A model generated the notes under the pieces. The model was not told where the DNA came from and did not search any database. It saw nothing but the letters and a program-made list of their open reading frames with translations. Positions 18,042 through 26,818 of a stretch of DNA of 36,259 bases are shown here, in pieces (the stretch's first letter is position 1; each line of letters opens with the position of its first letter). This DNA is from Myxococcota bacterium. GTDB lineage: Bacteria > Myxococcota_A > UBA9160 > DASRUS01. The translations under genes and the position numbers were made by a program. The DNA is taken from contig DASRUS010000237.1 in the NCBI GenBank assembly GCA_035687825.1, positions 1-36,259 of the forward strand, written 5' to 3'.

Positions 18042-19147
18042 GCGTCCCCTCGCTCCGGCGTGCGCCGCCGGCGGCCCCCGCGCGGTCGCGCCGCGGCGCC
18101 CGCGAGGCCGGCGTCGATGGCCCCGGCGATGCGTGCGAGGGGCAGCACCGCGTCCACCGCGCCCGTGCGGATCGCCTGCTGGGGCATGCCGAACACCACC
18201 GCCGACTCCTCCGACTCCGTAACGACCGTCCCCCCGGCTTCCTTGACGGCGCGCACGCCCTGGGCGCCGTCGTCGCCCATGCCCGTCAGCACGACGGCCA
18301 TGAGGTCGGCGCCGAAGTGCTTGGCCGCGGACACGAACATCCGGTCCACGGACGGGGTGTACTTGTCCCCCGGGGATCGCGGAACCAGCCGGACCCTCGG
18401 CTCGCCATCGTAGGTCCCAAATTCGATGTGGCACCCCCCGGGGGAAACAAGGACCCGACCCGGCTCGAGCCGATCCCCCTCCCGCGCCTCCCGGGCGGAG
18501 AAGGCGGTGAAGCGGTCGATGCGCTCGGCGAAGCTCGCGGTGAAGCCCCCCGGCATGTGCTGCGACACCACCACGGCGAAGGGCGGAGGCTCGGTGAAGG
18601 CGCCGAGCACCTGGGTCACCGCCGCCGGCCCGCCGGTGGACGCGCCGATCGCCACCACCCGCCGCGCCGCCGGGCTCGCGGGGGCCGGGCGTCGGGGCAG
18701 CAGGTCGGGCGCCGACGCGAGGCGCTCGCGCAGCTTGTCCATGCGGAGCTGGCGCAGCGCGTGGACCTTGCGCAGCAGCTCCTCCTGGATCGACTCGAGC
18801 TCCGGGGCCGCCCGGGGCGTGGGCTTCGCGATGAAGTCCACCGCGCCGAGGTCGAGCGCCTTGAAGACGTCCTGGGAGTGCGCCCGCCCGCTGATCACGA
18901 GCACCGGCGTCGGCCGCCGCGCGAGCAGCAGGCGCAGGAACGTGAAGCCGTCCATGCGCGGCATCTCGAGGTCGAGGGTCACGAGGTCGGGCTCCTGCTC
19001 CAGGGTCTTGCGCAGCGCCTCCTCGCCGTCGTGCGCCCAGTCGATCACGCGCACCAGCGGCGACGCCTCGAGCATGCGCGTGATCGTGCGCCGGCTGAAG
19101 GCCGAGTCGTCGATCACGAGCACGCGGATCGGACCCAGCGAGCTCAC
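18038..19147 (-). CDS. cheB: Chemotaxis response regulator protein-glutamate methylesterase CheB
   Basis: The 369-aa product has an N-terminal receiver (IRVLVIDDSAF...LVTLDLEMPRMDG) and a C-terminal esterase (IGASTGGP, SQHMPGGFT, LTGMGDDG). The GTG at 19147 overlaps the cheR stop (GTGA). Confidence 0.95.
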   Translation of the reverse strand: MSSLGPIRVLVIDDSAFSRRTITRMLEASPLVRVIDWAHDGEEALRKTLEQEPDLVTLDLEMPRMDGFTFLRLLLARRPTPVLVISGRAHSQDVFKALDLGAVDFIAKPTPRAAPELESIQEELLRKVHALRQLRMDKLRERLASAPDLLPRRPAPASPAARRVVAIGASTGGPAAVTQVLGAFTEPPPFAVVVSQHMPGGFTASFAERIDRFTAFSAREAREGDRLEPGRVLVSPGGCHIEFGTYDGEPRVRLVPRSPGDKYTPSVDRMFVSAAKHFGADLMAVVLTGMGDDGAQGVRAVKEAGGTVVTESEESAVVFGMPQQAIRTGAVDAVLPLARIAGAIDAGLAGAAARPRGGRRRRTPERGDA

Positions 19148-20073
19148 GCCGCGTCCTCCTCGGGTCCGAACGACGAGGCCGCCTCGCGCGCCAGCGCGTG
19201 CCACGCGTCCCGGGGCTCGTCGAGGCCGGGCTTGCGATACACCAGGTCGCTGCGCAGATGGCGGAGCTGGAAGGCGCTCGAGAGCTGGATCAGCGACTCG
19301 GAGTGCCCGAGCAGCAGGTAGCCCCCCGGACGGAGCTTCTCGGCGAAGGTCCCGATCACGCGGCGCTTCGACTCGAGGTCGAAGTAGATGATGACGTTCC
19401 GACACAGGATCACGTCGAGCGGGCCGAGCAGCCCCGCGCGCGACGGCTTGAGCAGGTTCATGTGCGCGAAGCAGACGTGGCGCTTCACCTCGTCGGAGAT
19501 GCGCCAGGCCCCGTCCTTCTCCACGAAGTACTGCGCCTGGAGGCGCCGCTCCATCTCGCGGAACGAGGCGGCGCGGTACACGCCCGCGCGCGCGCGCCGC
19601 AGCACCGTGCGGTCGATGTCCGAGGCGTAGAGCCGGAAGTCGCGGCCCGGGTGCAGCCCCGCTTCCAGGGCGAGGAGCACGATGGAGTACGGCTCCTCGC
19701 CGGTCGAGCAGCCCGCGCACCAGATCTGGAGCGGACCCGGCGTGCGCCGCCGCGCCGCCAGCTCGGGCAGGATCTCGTGGAGCAGCGCGCTGAGCTGGTT
19801 GCGCTCGCGCAGGAAATAGGTCTCGTTGGTGGTGACCTCGTCCACGAGCTGCGCCAGCTCCTCGTCGCCCGTGGCGGCGTGGCGCAGCTGGTAGTGGTAG
19901 GCCGCGAAGCTCCCGACCCCGAGCTGCCGGACGCGCGAGGCCACGCGCTTCTCGAGCAGGTAGCGGAGGTCGGGGCTGAACCACAGGCCGCAGTGGTCGC
20001 GGAGCAGGTCGGAGAACATCCGGAACTCCGCGTCCGACATGTGGAGCCGGGCTTCCGGTCGCTCGCCGGCCAC
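19144..20073 (-). CDS. cheR: Chemotaxis protein methyltransferase CheR
   Basis: The 309-aa ORF has ETYFLRE, the SAM-binding WCAGCSTGEEPYS, and CRNVIIYFD. The start is GTG 20073, or alternatively ATG 20040. Confidence 0.93.
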   Translation of the reverse strand: MAGERPEARLHMSDAEFRMFSDLLRDHCGLWFSPDLRYLLEKRVASRVRQLGVGSFAAYHYQLRHAATGDEELAQLVDEVTTNETYFLRERNQLSALLHEILPELAARRRTPGPLQIWCAGCSTGEEPYSIVLLALEAGLHPGRDFRLYASDIDRTVLRRARAGVYRAASFREMERRLQAQYFVEKDGAWRISDEVKRHVCFAHMNLLKPSRAGLLGPLDVILCRNVIIYFDLESKRRVIGTFAEKLRPGGYLLLGHSESLIQLSSAFQLRHLRSDLVYRKPGLDEPRDAWHALAREAASSFGPEEDAA

Positions 20074-20079
20074 GGCGCT

Positions 20080-22167
20080 CTAGCCCTCCAGCCGCGCGAG
20101 CGCGCGCAGGATCACGCTGCGCACGAAGTCGTCCTGCTCGGTCTCGAGACGCCGCAGGATCGACGGGATCGCCCTCGCGACGCCGCGCTCGGCGAGGACC
20201 TGCGTCGCCTCGGCGCGCACGCTCCACTCGCGGTGCGAGACGAGCGGCAGGATCCGCTCCAGGCACTCGGCGTCGCCGTGCGATCCGATGCAACGCAGCG
20301 CGGCGCGCAGGATCTCGGCATCGCCGCGCTCGAGCGCGACGAGCGTCCGCCGCGCCGACTCGCCGCCGCCCAGGCCGGAGAGTCCCTCGACGGCGGCGAG
20401 CGCGACCACGCCTTCGTCCTCGAGGGCGGCCCCGACCAGCGCGAAGCAGCGCTCGCGCGCCGCCCCTCCGGCCAGGTCGGCGGCGCGCGCCGCCACGGCG
20501 CGCACGGCAGCGGCGCGAACGCGCGCATCCTCGTCGCGCGCGAGGCAGGCGAGGTCGTCCAGCACCGCCGGCGCGTCGGAGCGCGCGAGCACCCCCGCCG
20601 CGGCGATCCGCACCAGCGCCGACTCGTCCGCCAGCGCGATGCGCAGCGACTCCGGGGCGCCCGCGGGTGCGGGCTCCCGGGCGAGAGCCTCGACCGCGGT
20701 GCGGCGCACCGCCGGCGACGGATCGGCGAGGAGAAGGTCCATGGAGATGCGGGCCTCGGGCGCCTCGAGGCGCGCCAGCACGCGGGCGATCTGCACGCGC
20801 TCCTCCTCCCCCGCCGAGGGCAGGCGCGCGACGAGGAGATCGGAGAGGGCCGCCGTGGCGCTCGCGCCGCGCGCGCCGCTCGCGATGGCCAGGAGCGTCG
20901 AGCCGATCGCCTCGAGCTCCCCGTCGGCGTCCCACTCCGGATCGCCGCCCGCGGCCGCGAGCCGGCGCACGAGGGCGGGCAGCGCCTCGGCCGATCCCAC
21001 GCCGGCGAGCGCGCGCACGGCCGCGACGCGGCACTCGGGGTCCGGGTCGTCGAGCGCCTGGAGCAGCCGGCGGTGCGCGCGCGGCCCCCGGCTCGCCGCG
21101 AGCACGCGGCAGGCGAGGGCGCGCGCCGCGACGGGGAGCCCGGGCCACGCCTCGTCGAGCGTCTCCTCCGCCGCGCCGCCCATCGCTTCGAGAGCGCCGG
21201 CCGCCACCTCGGCCAGGGCCTCGTCGCGGCCCGCGAGGAGGATCGGCACCACGAGCTCGCGGCGTCCGAGGAGGCCAAGGAACTGGATCAGCACGAGCTG
21301 GAGCGAGAGCTCTCCCTCGGCGAGGCGCTCGAGGGCGTCCTGCTCCACGCGCGAGCCCGCCGCCACGAGCTCGCGCACGCGCTCCACGAGGCGCTCCGCG
21401 CCGGACGGCTCGGCGCGCGCGAGGCTACGGAGCAGCGCCTCGATGGCCGCCTCCCGGGCGGAGCGCGAGGCGCCCCCGAGCCCCTTCAGCAGCACCTCCG
21501 CCGCCGCGGCGTCCTCGGAGCGGCCGAGCAGCGCGAAGGCCGCCGGGCGGAGCAGCGGATCGCCGCAGGCCGAGTCGAGCGCGGCGGCGTCCAGCACCGC
21601 GTCGAGCTGGACGAGGGCGCGCAGGGCGGAGAGGCGCACGAGGGGCTGCTCCGCGTCGCGCGTCGCGAGCGCGGCGAGCGCGGGCACGGAAGCCACGTGG
21701 CCCGTCGTGCCGAGCGCGTCGGCCGCCGCGCCGCGCACGTTGGGATCGGGGTCGCCGAGCATCTCCAGGAGCCGCGCCACGGCGCGCACGTCGCGGATCC
21801 CGGCCAGCGCGTCCACGGCGAGCTTGCGCACGTCCACGTCGCCGCTCTTGCTCGCCTCGAGGAGCCTCGGCACCACCGTCGCGCCGCAGCCCACGAGCGC
21901 TTCCACCGCCGCGTTGCGCCGACCGGGGTCGTCGCCGTCGGAGAGCGCCGCCACCAGCACCTCGGCCACGAGCTCGCTGCGCGGCGACGCGACCAGGCGC
22001 GCCACGGCCGCCTTGCGCACGCGCCAGCTCGAGTCCCCGAGGCGCGCCACCAGGAGCTCGAGCGCTTCGGAGTCGAGCGCCGCGAGGCGCTCGACGGCGA
22101 GGCGCCTCACCTCCTCGTCGGGGCTCCGCAGATCCTCTCGAATGACGTCTCGCTCGCGCAGATCCAT
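20080..22167 (-). CDS. HEAT-repeat (PBS-lyase-like) protein, 695 aa
   Basis: The ORF contains many repeats of the D..(V/W)RVR..A(A/V).AL(G/A) type: SSWRVRKAAVARL, DPDPNVRGAAADALG, DPDPECRVAAVRALAG, DPSPAVRRTAVEALA, DEDARVRAAAVRAV, REWSVRAEATQVLA. The ATG lies 7 nt after the upstream stop. Confidence 0.8.
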   Translation of the reverse strand: MDLRERDVIREDLRSPDEEVRRLAVERLAALDSEALELLVARLGDSSWRVRKAAVARLVASPRSELVAEVLVAALSDGDDPGRRNAAVEALVGCGATVVPRLLEASKSGDVDVRKLAVDALAGIRDVRAVARLLEMLGDPDPNVRGAAADALGTTGHVASVPALAALATRDAEQPLVRLSALRALVQLDAVLDAAALDSACGDPLLRPAAFALLGRSEDAAAAEVLLKGLGGASRSAREAAIEALLRSLARAEPSGAERLVERVRELVAAGSRVEQDALERLAEGELSLQLVLIQFLGLLGRRELVVPILLAGRDEALAEVAAGALEAMGGAAEETLDEAWPGLPVAARALACRVLAASRGPRAHRRLLQALDDPDPECRVAAVRALAGVGSAEALPALVRRLAAAGGDPEWDADGELEAIGSTLLAIASGARGASATAALSDLLVARLPSAGEEERVQIARVLARLEAPEARISMDLLLADPSPAVRRTAVEALAREPAPAGAPESLRIALADESALVRIAAAGVLARSDAPAVLDDLACLARDEDARVRAAAVRAVAARAADLAGGAARERCFALVGAALEDEGVVALAAVEGLSGLGGGESARRTLVALERGDAEILRAALRCIGSHGDAECLERILPLVSHREWSVRAEATQVLAERGVARAIPSILRRLETEQDDFVRSVILRALARLEG

Positions 22168-22174
22168 CTTCCCC

Positions 22175-23209
22175 TCACTTCATGCCGCGCGCCTTCGCTA
22201 CGCGCAGCAGCTCGTCGCGCAGGAAGTCGCGGTGTTCGCGCACGCGCGCCTCGACGCGCTCGCGGAGAAGGCCCTGCCCCTCGTCGAGGTCCGCGGCGAA
22301 GGCCGCGAGCACGTTGCCGGCGCGCACCGCCTCGGCGAAGCGATCCTGGTTGTAGAGCACGATGTCGGACACGACGATCCGGGCCAGGCGCTCGGCCTTC
22401 GCCACCGCGTCGGCGAGCGCGGGGTCCGCGAGCGGCGGCGTCTCGGGCGGAGCCGGCGCCGTCCGCGCCGCGGCGACGGGCGCTCGCGGCGCGGCGCTCG
22501 GGGCCTTCGGCGCGGGCGCGACGGGCGCCTCCCGGCGCACGCCGGGGGGCGGAGCCGCGGGCTCGGCGGGCGCGCTCGGCGGACGCGGCCTGGCCGCCTC
22601 CCGCTCGCTCGGAACGGGGAGGCCCATGCGCCGCAGCGTCTCGAGCGCGGCGTCGGGCAGGGTCGCGTCCTCGAGGTACGCGTCGGCGCCGTAGAGCTCG
22701 CTCGGCGGCCGGCGGTAGCGCTCGGGATGGTGATGGCTGCCCACCAGGAGCACGCGGATGGAGCGCAGGCTCTCGTTGCGCTTCATGAGCTCGCACACCT
22801 GGAAGCCGAACATCTTGGGCAGCGCGGCGTCGAGCACGACCGCCCGCGGCATCGCGCGCTGGATCGCGAGGATCGCCTCGACGCCGTCGTGGGCGAGCAC
22901 CGTCTCGAGGCCGACCCGGGAGAGCGCCGCCGCGGTGCGCTTGGCGCGCTCGGGATCGGGATCGGCGACCACGACCAGGCGCGAGCGATCCCGCGCCGGC
23001 GGCGCGGGCGCCGGGGCTCGCGCCTCCGCCGCGCTCGCCACGCCGCGGGGCTCCGATCCCACCGCGCCGACGGACGCGCTCGCCGCGGCCGGCGGGCGGA
23101 CGCGGAACACCGCCTCGCAGCGCGAGCAGCGCAGGCGCACGCCCTCCGGCCGGATGCGATGCCGCTCGATGCGGTAGCGCGCTCCACACTTGGGACAAGC
23201 CGCGATCAT
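22175..23209 (-). CDS. MJ0042-type zinc-ribbon plus atypical receiver domain plus conserved C-terminal helical module
   Basis: The 344-aa product starts with CPKCGARYRI...LRCSRCEAVFRV. The receiver-like core is LVVVADPDPE...VVLDAALPKMFG...VLLVGS...GADAYLEDA, with Glu where the conserved Lys normally sits. A Pro/Ala linker follows, then the C-terminal AERLARIVVSDIVLYNQDRF. Confidence 0.7.
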   Translation of the reverse strand: MIAACPKCGARYRIERHRIRPEGVRLRCSRCEAVFRVRPPAAASASVGAVGSEPRGVASAAEARAPAPAPPARDRSRLVVVADPDPERAKRTAAALSRVGLETVLAHDGVEAILAIQRAMPRAVVLDAALPKMFGFQVCELMKRNESLRSIRVLLVGSHHHPERYRRPPSELYGADAYLEDATLPDAALETLRRMGLPVPSEREAARPRPPSAPAEPAAPPPGVRREAPVAPAPKAPSAAPRAPVAAARTAPAPPETPPLADPALADAVAKAERLARIVVSDIVLYNQDRFAEAVRAGNVLAAFAADLDEGQGLLRERVEARVREHRDFLRDELLRVAKARGMK

Positions 23210-23272
23210 CGCCGTCCTTCGCCTCGCTTCCTTCTCGGCCCCTGGGCCCGTCTCGACCTACACGCAGAAGAG

Positions 23273-25828
23273 TCAGGTTCTGAACCGCTCCACGTCGGTG
23301 CGCAGCGACGCGGCGCGTTCGCGCAGGCTGCGGGTGGCCTCGGCCATGCGGCGCACGGAGTCTTCGTGGGTCTGGGTGCGTCCGGCCACGCGTCCGAGCC
23401 CGGCCGCCGCCTGCGCGCACGCCTCGCTCTGCTCGCGCAGCCGCCGGTGGATCGCCTCGGTCGCCTCGCGCACCCCCTCGACGCTCTCGCCGATGCGCGC
23501 CGCCCCCCGCGCCTGCTCCTCGGTCGTGCGGTGCACCGAGCTCGCCACCTCCCGCATCGCCCCGACCGCCGCTCCCACCACCGCGTGGCCCCGCTCCTGC
23601 TCCCCGCCCGCGGCCCGGATCCGCTCCACCCCCTCGCGCACCCCCTCCATCAATCCCACCACGTGGCCCGCCGCCCGGCTCTGCTCCCGCACCGCCCCCG
23701 CGATCCCCCGCACCCGCTCCCCGCTCGAGCGCGCCGAGGCCGTGATCGCCTCGAGCGCCTCCCCGGCCTGCGCCGACAGATCCACCCCCGAGAGCACCGA
23801 GCGCGCTCCCCCCTCGATCGCCGCCTGCGCCTGCGTGCTCTCCTCCTGCACCGCTTTGATCAGACCCGCGATCTCCTTCGTCGAGGCCATCACCCGGTCC
23901 GCCAGCTCCTTGATCTCGTCGGCCACCACCGAAAACGCCCGGCCCGACTCCCCCGACTGCGCCGCGATGATGGCGGCGTTGAGCGCGAGCAGGTTCGTCT
24001 CGTCCGCCACCTCGTCGATCACGTCCACGATCGCCCCGATCTCCCGCGCCCGAAGCAAGAGCCCCCGCATCACCCCCTCCGCCACCTCCACCGCCTCCCG
24101 GATCGCCTCCATCCCCTCGATCGTCTGGCGCACCCGCTCGCGGCCCACCTCCGCCTGCTCCACCACGCCCCCCGAAAGCCTCCCCATCTCCCCCGCCGCC
24201 GCGTCCACCTCCTTGAGCGAGCTCGCCATCTCCTCCATCGACGACGACGTCTCCCCCGCCGCCCGACCGAGCGCCTCCGCCTCCCCGGCCACCTCCCGCA
24301 CGCTCGCCGCCGCCTCCACCAACGCCCCCGTCACCTCCTCCACCCGCTCCGATAAACCCTGCGCCGTGCGGTTCAGCTCCTCCCCCGTCGCCCGAAGCTC
24401 CATCCCCGTGCTCGACGACTCCTCCACCGACTCCCCGAGCGACGCCGCCTGCGACGCGATCCCTGCCACCCCCTCCCGCAGCTCTTCCACCGAGCGCCGC
24501 GCCGACGCCAATCCCCCCACCTGGTCCACCGTCGCCTCCTCCACCTCCACCCCGACCCGCTCCAGCTCCCGCGCCGTCACCTCCACTCCCTCCGCCGCCT
24601 CCGCCACCCGACCCACCGTCTCCCGCAACCACCCCACCATCCGCTCGAACGACCGCGCCAGCTCCCCCAGCTCGTCCTCCGACTCCAACACGAACCCCCG
24701 ACGCAAATCCCCCGACGCCACACGGTCCGCCTGGGCGGCCAGCGCCGCCGTGGCGCCGCTCACGTCCGCGGCCAGCAGGCGCGCGAGGATCCCCGCGGCG
24801 AGGCACGCCGCGCCGAGCAGCACGCCGAAGGTGAGCCATAGCCGGTGCAGGTGCGGGGCCAGCGCGTCCGGGGCCAGCGCGGCGACCGCCACGCGCGAGG
24901 CGTCCAGGCGCGTCCAGGCAAAAACGTGTCGGGCGTCGAAATCGCGGCTGTCCCCCGCGCGGCCGCCGGCGCTGCGCACCGCCTGCCATTCGGACGGCGC
25001 CAGCGGACCGCCCCCGGCCGAGTCCGCGTCGAGGATCTCGACGTGCTGCGCGATGCCGAGCGCAGAGGCCTCTTCCCGGAGCGCGGCGAGCGCCGCCTCG
25101 CCCCCGACCGCCAGCCGGGCGTGCGCGCGCTCGAGGAAGCGCCGCTGGAGCTCTGCGGCGCGGGTCTCGAGCGGCGCGCGCGCGTGCACCTCGGCCAGGA
25201 AGAACGCGAAGAGCACGCTGGAGAGCGCGAGACCCCCGAGCGACACGACGAGCTTCGCGCCGATCGGGACACGAGGCGCGAGCGCGCCGCGCTCGCGCGG
25301 ATCGGGGAGCGCCCGGGCGAGCTCCCCGCGCAGGGCTGCGAGGCGCCTCTTCACCCCCAGGAAGAAGAGCGCGTTCATCGCGAAGCCGCCCGTCGCGGTG
25401 GCGGCGAGGATCACGAGGACCGGGCCCGGGCCGAGATCGCGGAAGCACAGCTTCATCCCCGCGGCGAGGAAGACGCCCCCCGCCACGTAGCCGGTGAGAC
25501 CGAGCAGGAACGCGCGGCGCGGAAAGTCCATCACCGCGCGGAAGGCGGCGCGCGTCGCCTCCGGCGGGGCCGCCGACCCGGCGCGCAGGTCGAGCCAACG
25601 CACGATCGGGGCGCGGATGCCGTGGGTGATCCGCTCGGAGAGCAAGGCGAAGACCGCCGCGTACCCCGCCAGGAGCCACCCGAAGGTGTGCCACTGCGGG
25701 GGCGTCAGGCGCAGCAGCGCCACCAGGTAGCCCACCACCACCGACGCCGCGCCGAAGCCCACCCCGGACTGGAGCACGAGGAGCTGGCGCCGGAACACGG
25801 CGCCCGTCGGCAGCGATCGCGTGCTCAC
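23273..25828 (-). CDS. mcp: Methyl-accepting chemotaxis protein with six predicted TM helices and a HAMP domain
   Basis: The 851-aa tail of ORF 23273..26263 has a GTG at 25828 overlapping the cheW stop (GTGA). HAMP reads ADRVASGDLRRGFVLESEDELGELARSFERMV. The signalling hairpin reads EIGAIVDVIDEVADETNLLALNAAIIAAQSGESGRAFSVVADEIKELA. Confidence 0.93.
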   Translation of the reverse strand: MSTRSLPTGAVFRRQLLVLQSGVGFGAASVVVGYLVALLRLTPPQWHTFGWLLAGYAAVFALLSERITHGIRAPIVRWLDLRAGSAAPPEATRAAFRAVMDFPRRAFLLGLTGYVAGGVFLAAGMKLCFRDLGPGPVLVILAATATGGFAMNALFFLGVKRRLAALRGELARALPDPRERGALAPRVPIGAKLVVSLGGLALSSVLFAFFLAEVHARAPLETRAAELQRRFLERAHARLAVGGEAALAALREEASALGIAQHVEILDADSAGGGPLAPSEWQAVRSAGGRAGDSRDFDARHVFAWTRLDASRVAVAALAPDALAPHLHRLWLTFGVLLGAACLAAGILARLLAADVSGATAALAAQADRVASGDLRRGFVLESEDELGELARSFERMVGWLRETVGRVAEAAEGVEVTARELERVGVEVEEATVDQVGGLASARRSVEELREGVAGIASQAASLGESVEESSSTGMELRATGEELNRTAQGLSERVEEVTGALVEAAASVREVAGEAEALGRAAGETSSSMEEMASSLKEVDAAAGEMGRLSGGVVEQAEVGRERVRQTIEGMEAIREAVEVAEGVMRGLLLRAREIGAIVDVIDEVADETNLLALNAAIIAAQSGESGRAFSVVADEIKELADRVMASTKEIAGLIKAVQEESTQAQAAIEGGARSVLSGVDLSAQAGEALEAITASARSSGERVRGIAGAVREQSRAAGHVVGLMEGVREGVERIRAAGGEQERGHAVVGAAVGAMREVASSVHRTTEEQARGAARIGESVEGVREATEAIHRRLREQSEACAQAAAGLGRVAGRTQTHEDSVRRMAEATRSLRERAASLRTDVERFRT
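23588..23646 (-). repeat. Coding-region partner of the 59-bp repeat at 16720..16778
   Basis: The segment lies inside mcp and encodes GVREGVERIRAAGGEQERG. It is 57/59 identical to the intergenic copy and in the same orientation. Confidence 0.9.
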
Positions 25829-26319
25829 GGTCGCGACTCCTCGACGCCCGAGCGCTCGATGCTCGCGAGCAGATGCTCGAGTGAGAGGATCAAGACGGGC
25901 GGTCCCCCCTCGCGGCGCACGATGCCGGTCACCGCGCCGTAGCCCGCTTGCGCGGCGAGGGCCGGGGTCGGCTCCACCTGCGAGGCGTCCAACGAGAGGA
26001 CGTCCAGCGCGGCTTCGGCGCGCAGCCCGAAGCGGACCCCCTCCACCTCCACGAGCGCGACGCGCTGGCCTCGCGCGGGCGCGAGGGGCTCGCCGTCGAG
26101 GGCGCGGCCCAGGTCGACCACCGGGACGACGCCGCTGCGCAGCTCCATCACGCCTTCGATGAGGCGCGGCGCGAAGGGCAGCGGGACCAGCGCTTCGGCG
26201 CGCACGATCTCGCGCACGTGCGCGAGCTCGATCGCCACCACGCGGCCGCGCAGCTCGAGGCACGCGAGCTCGACGCGACCTCCGCTCGCGGCGGGCGCGC
26301 GTTCAGCCGGCATCGCCAA
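25825..26319 (-). CDS. cheW: CheW-like coupling protein, second of a tandem pair
   Basis: The 164-aa ORF is a single CheW-like domain (ELRGRVVAIELAHVREIV...VMELRSGVVPVVDLGRAL...VALVEVEG). The start is TTG 26319 or ATG 26313, and it overlaps the upstream cheW by 11-17 nt. Confidence 0.85.
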   Translation of the reverse strand: MAMPAERAPAASGGRVELACLELRGRVVAIELAHVREIVRAEALVPLPFAPRLIEGVMELRSGVVPVVDLGRALDGEPLAPARGQRVALVEVEGVRFGLRAEAALDVLSLDASQVEPTPALAAQAGYGAVTGIVRREGGPPVLILSLEHLLASIERSGVEESRP

Positions 26320-26818
26320 GCTCGAGCACCCGATCTACGTCGAGGACGGACACGAACCGGCCCTGCCACGTGCAGAGCTCCGCCACCGCTCCCGCCTCGC
26401 CCGCCGGCGCGGGTTCGAGCTCGGAGTCCGGGACGCGCAGGACGTCGCTCGCGGCGTCCACGCGCAGCCCCGCCGCCTCTCCGTCCGCGGCGTGGAGCAC
26501 CACGATGCGCTGGCTGCGCCCCGGCTCCGCGTCCGCGAGGCCGAGGCGCCGCCGCAGGTCCACCACCTCGATCATCTCGCCGCGCAGCGCCACCACGCCG
26601 AGGATCGCGTGGGGCGCCCGGGGGATCGGGGTGATCGGGCGCAGGCGCACGATCTCGCGCACGCGCTCCACGGGCACCGCGTATGCGTCGCCTGCGGCGC
26701 GCAGCAACAGGAACTCGCGCAGGAGCGCGCTCTCCTCGGCGCGCGCCGTGGCCCGCGCGAGCTCGCGGAAGCCCGCCGCGCCCGGGGCGCGCGCGCCGCT
26801 CGTCGGGCCCGCGCTCAC
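26303..26818 (-). CDS. cheW: CheW-like coupling protein, first of a tandem pair
   Basis: The 171-aa tail of ORF 26303..28825 reads FLLLRAAGDAYAVPVERVREIVRLRPITPIPRAPHAILGVVALRGEMIEVVDLRRRLG. The GTG at 26818 overlaps the cheA stop (GTGA). Confidence 0.85.
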   Translation of the reverse strand: MSAGPTSGARAPGAAGFRELARATARAEESALLREFLLLRAAGDAYAVPVERVREIVRLRPITPIPRAPHAILGVVALRGEMIEVVDLRRRLGLADAEPGRSQRIVVLHAADGEAAGLRVDAASDVLRVPDSELEPAPAGEAGAVAELCTWQGRFVSVLDVDRVLELGDAG

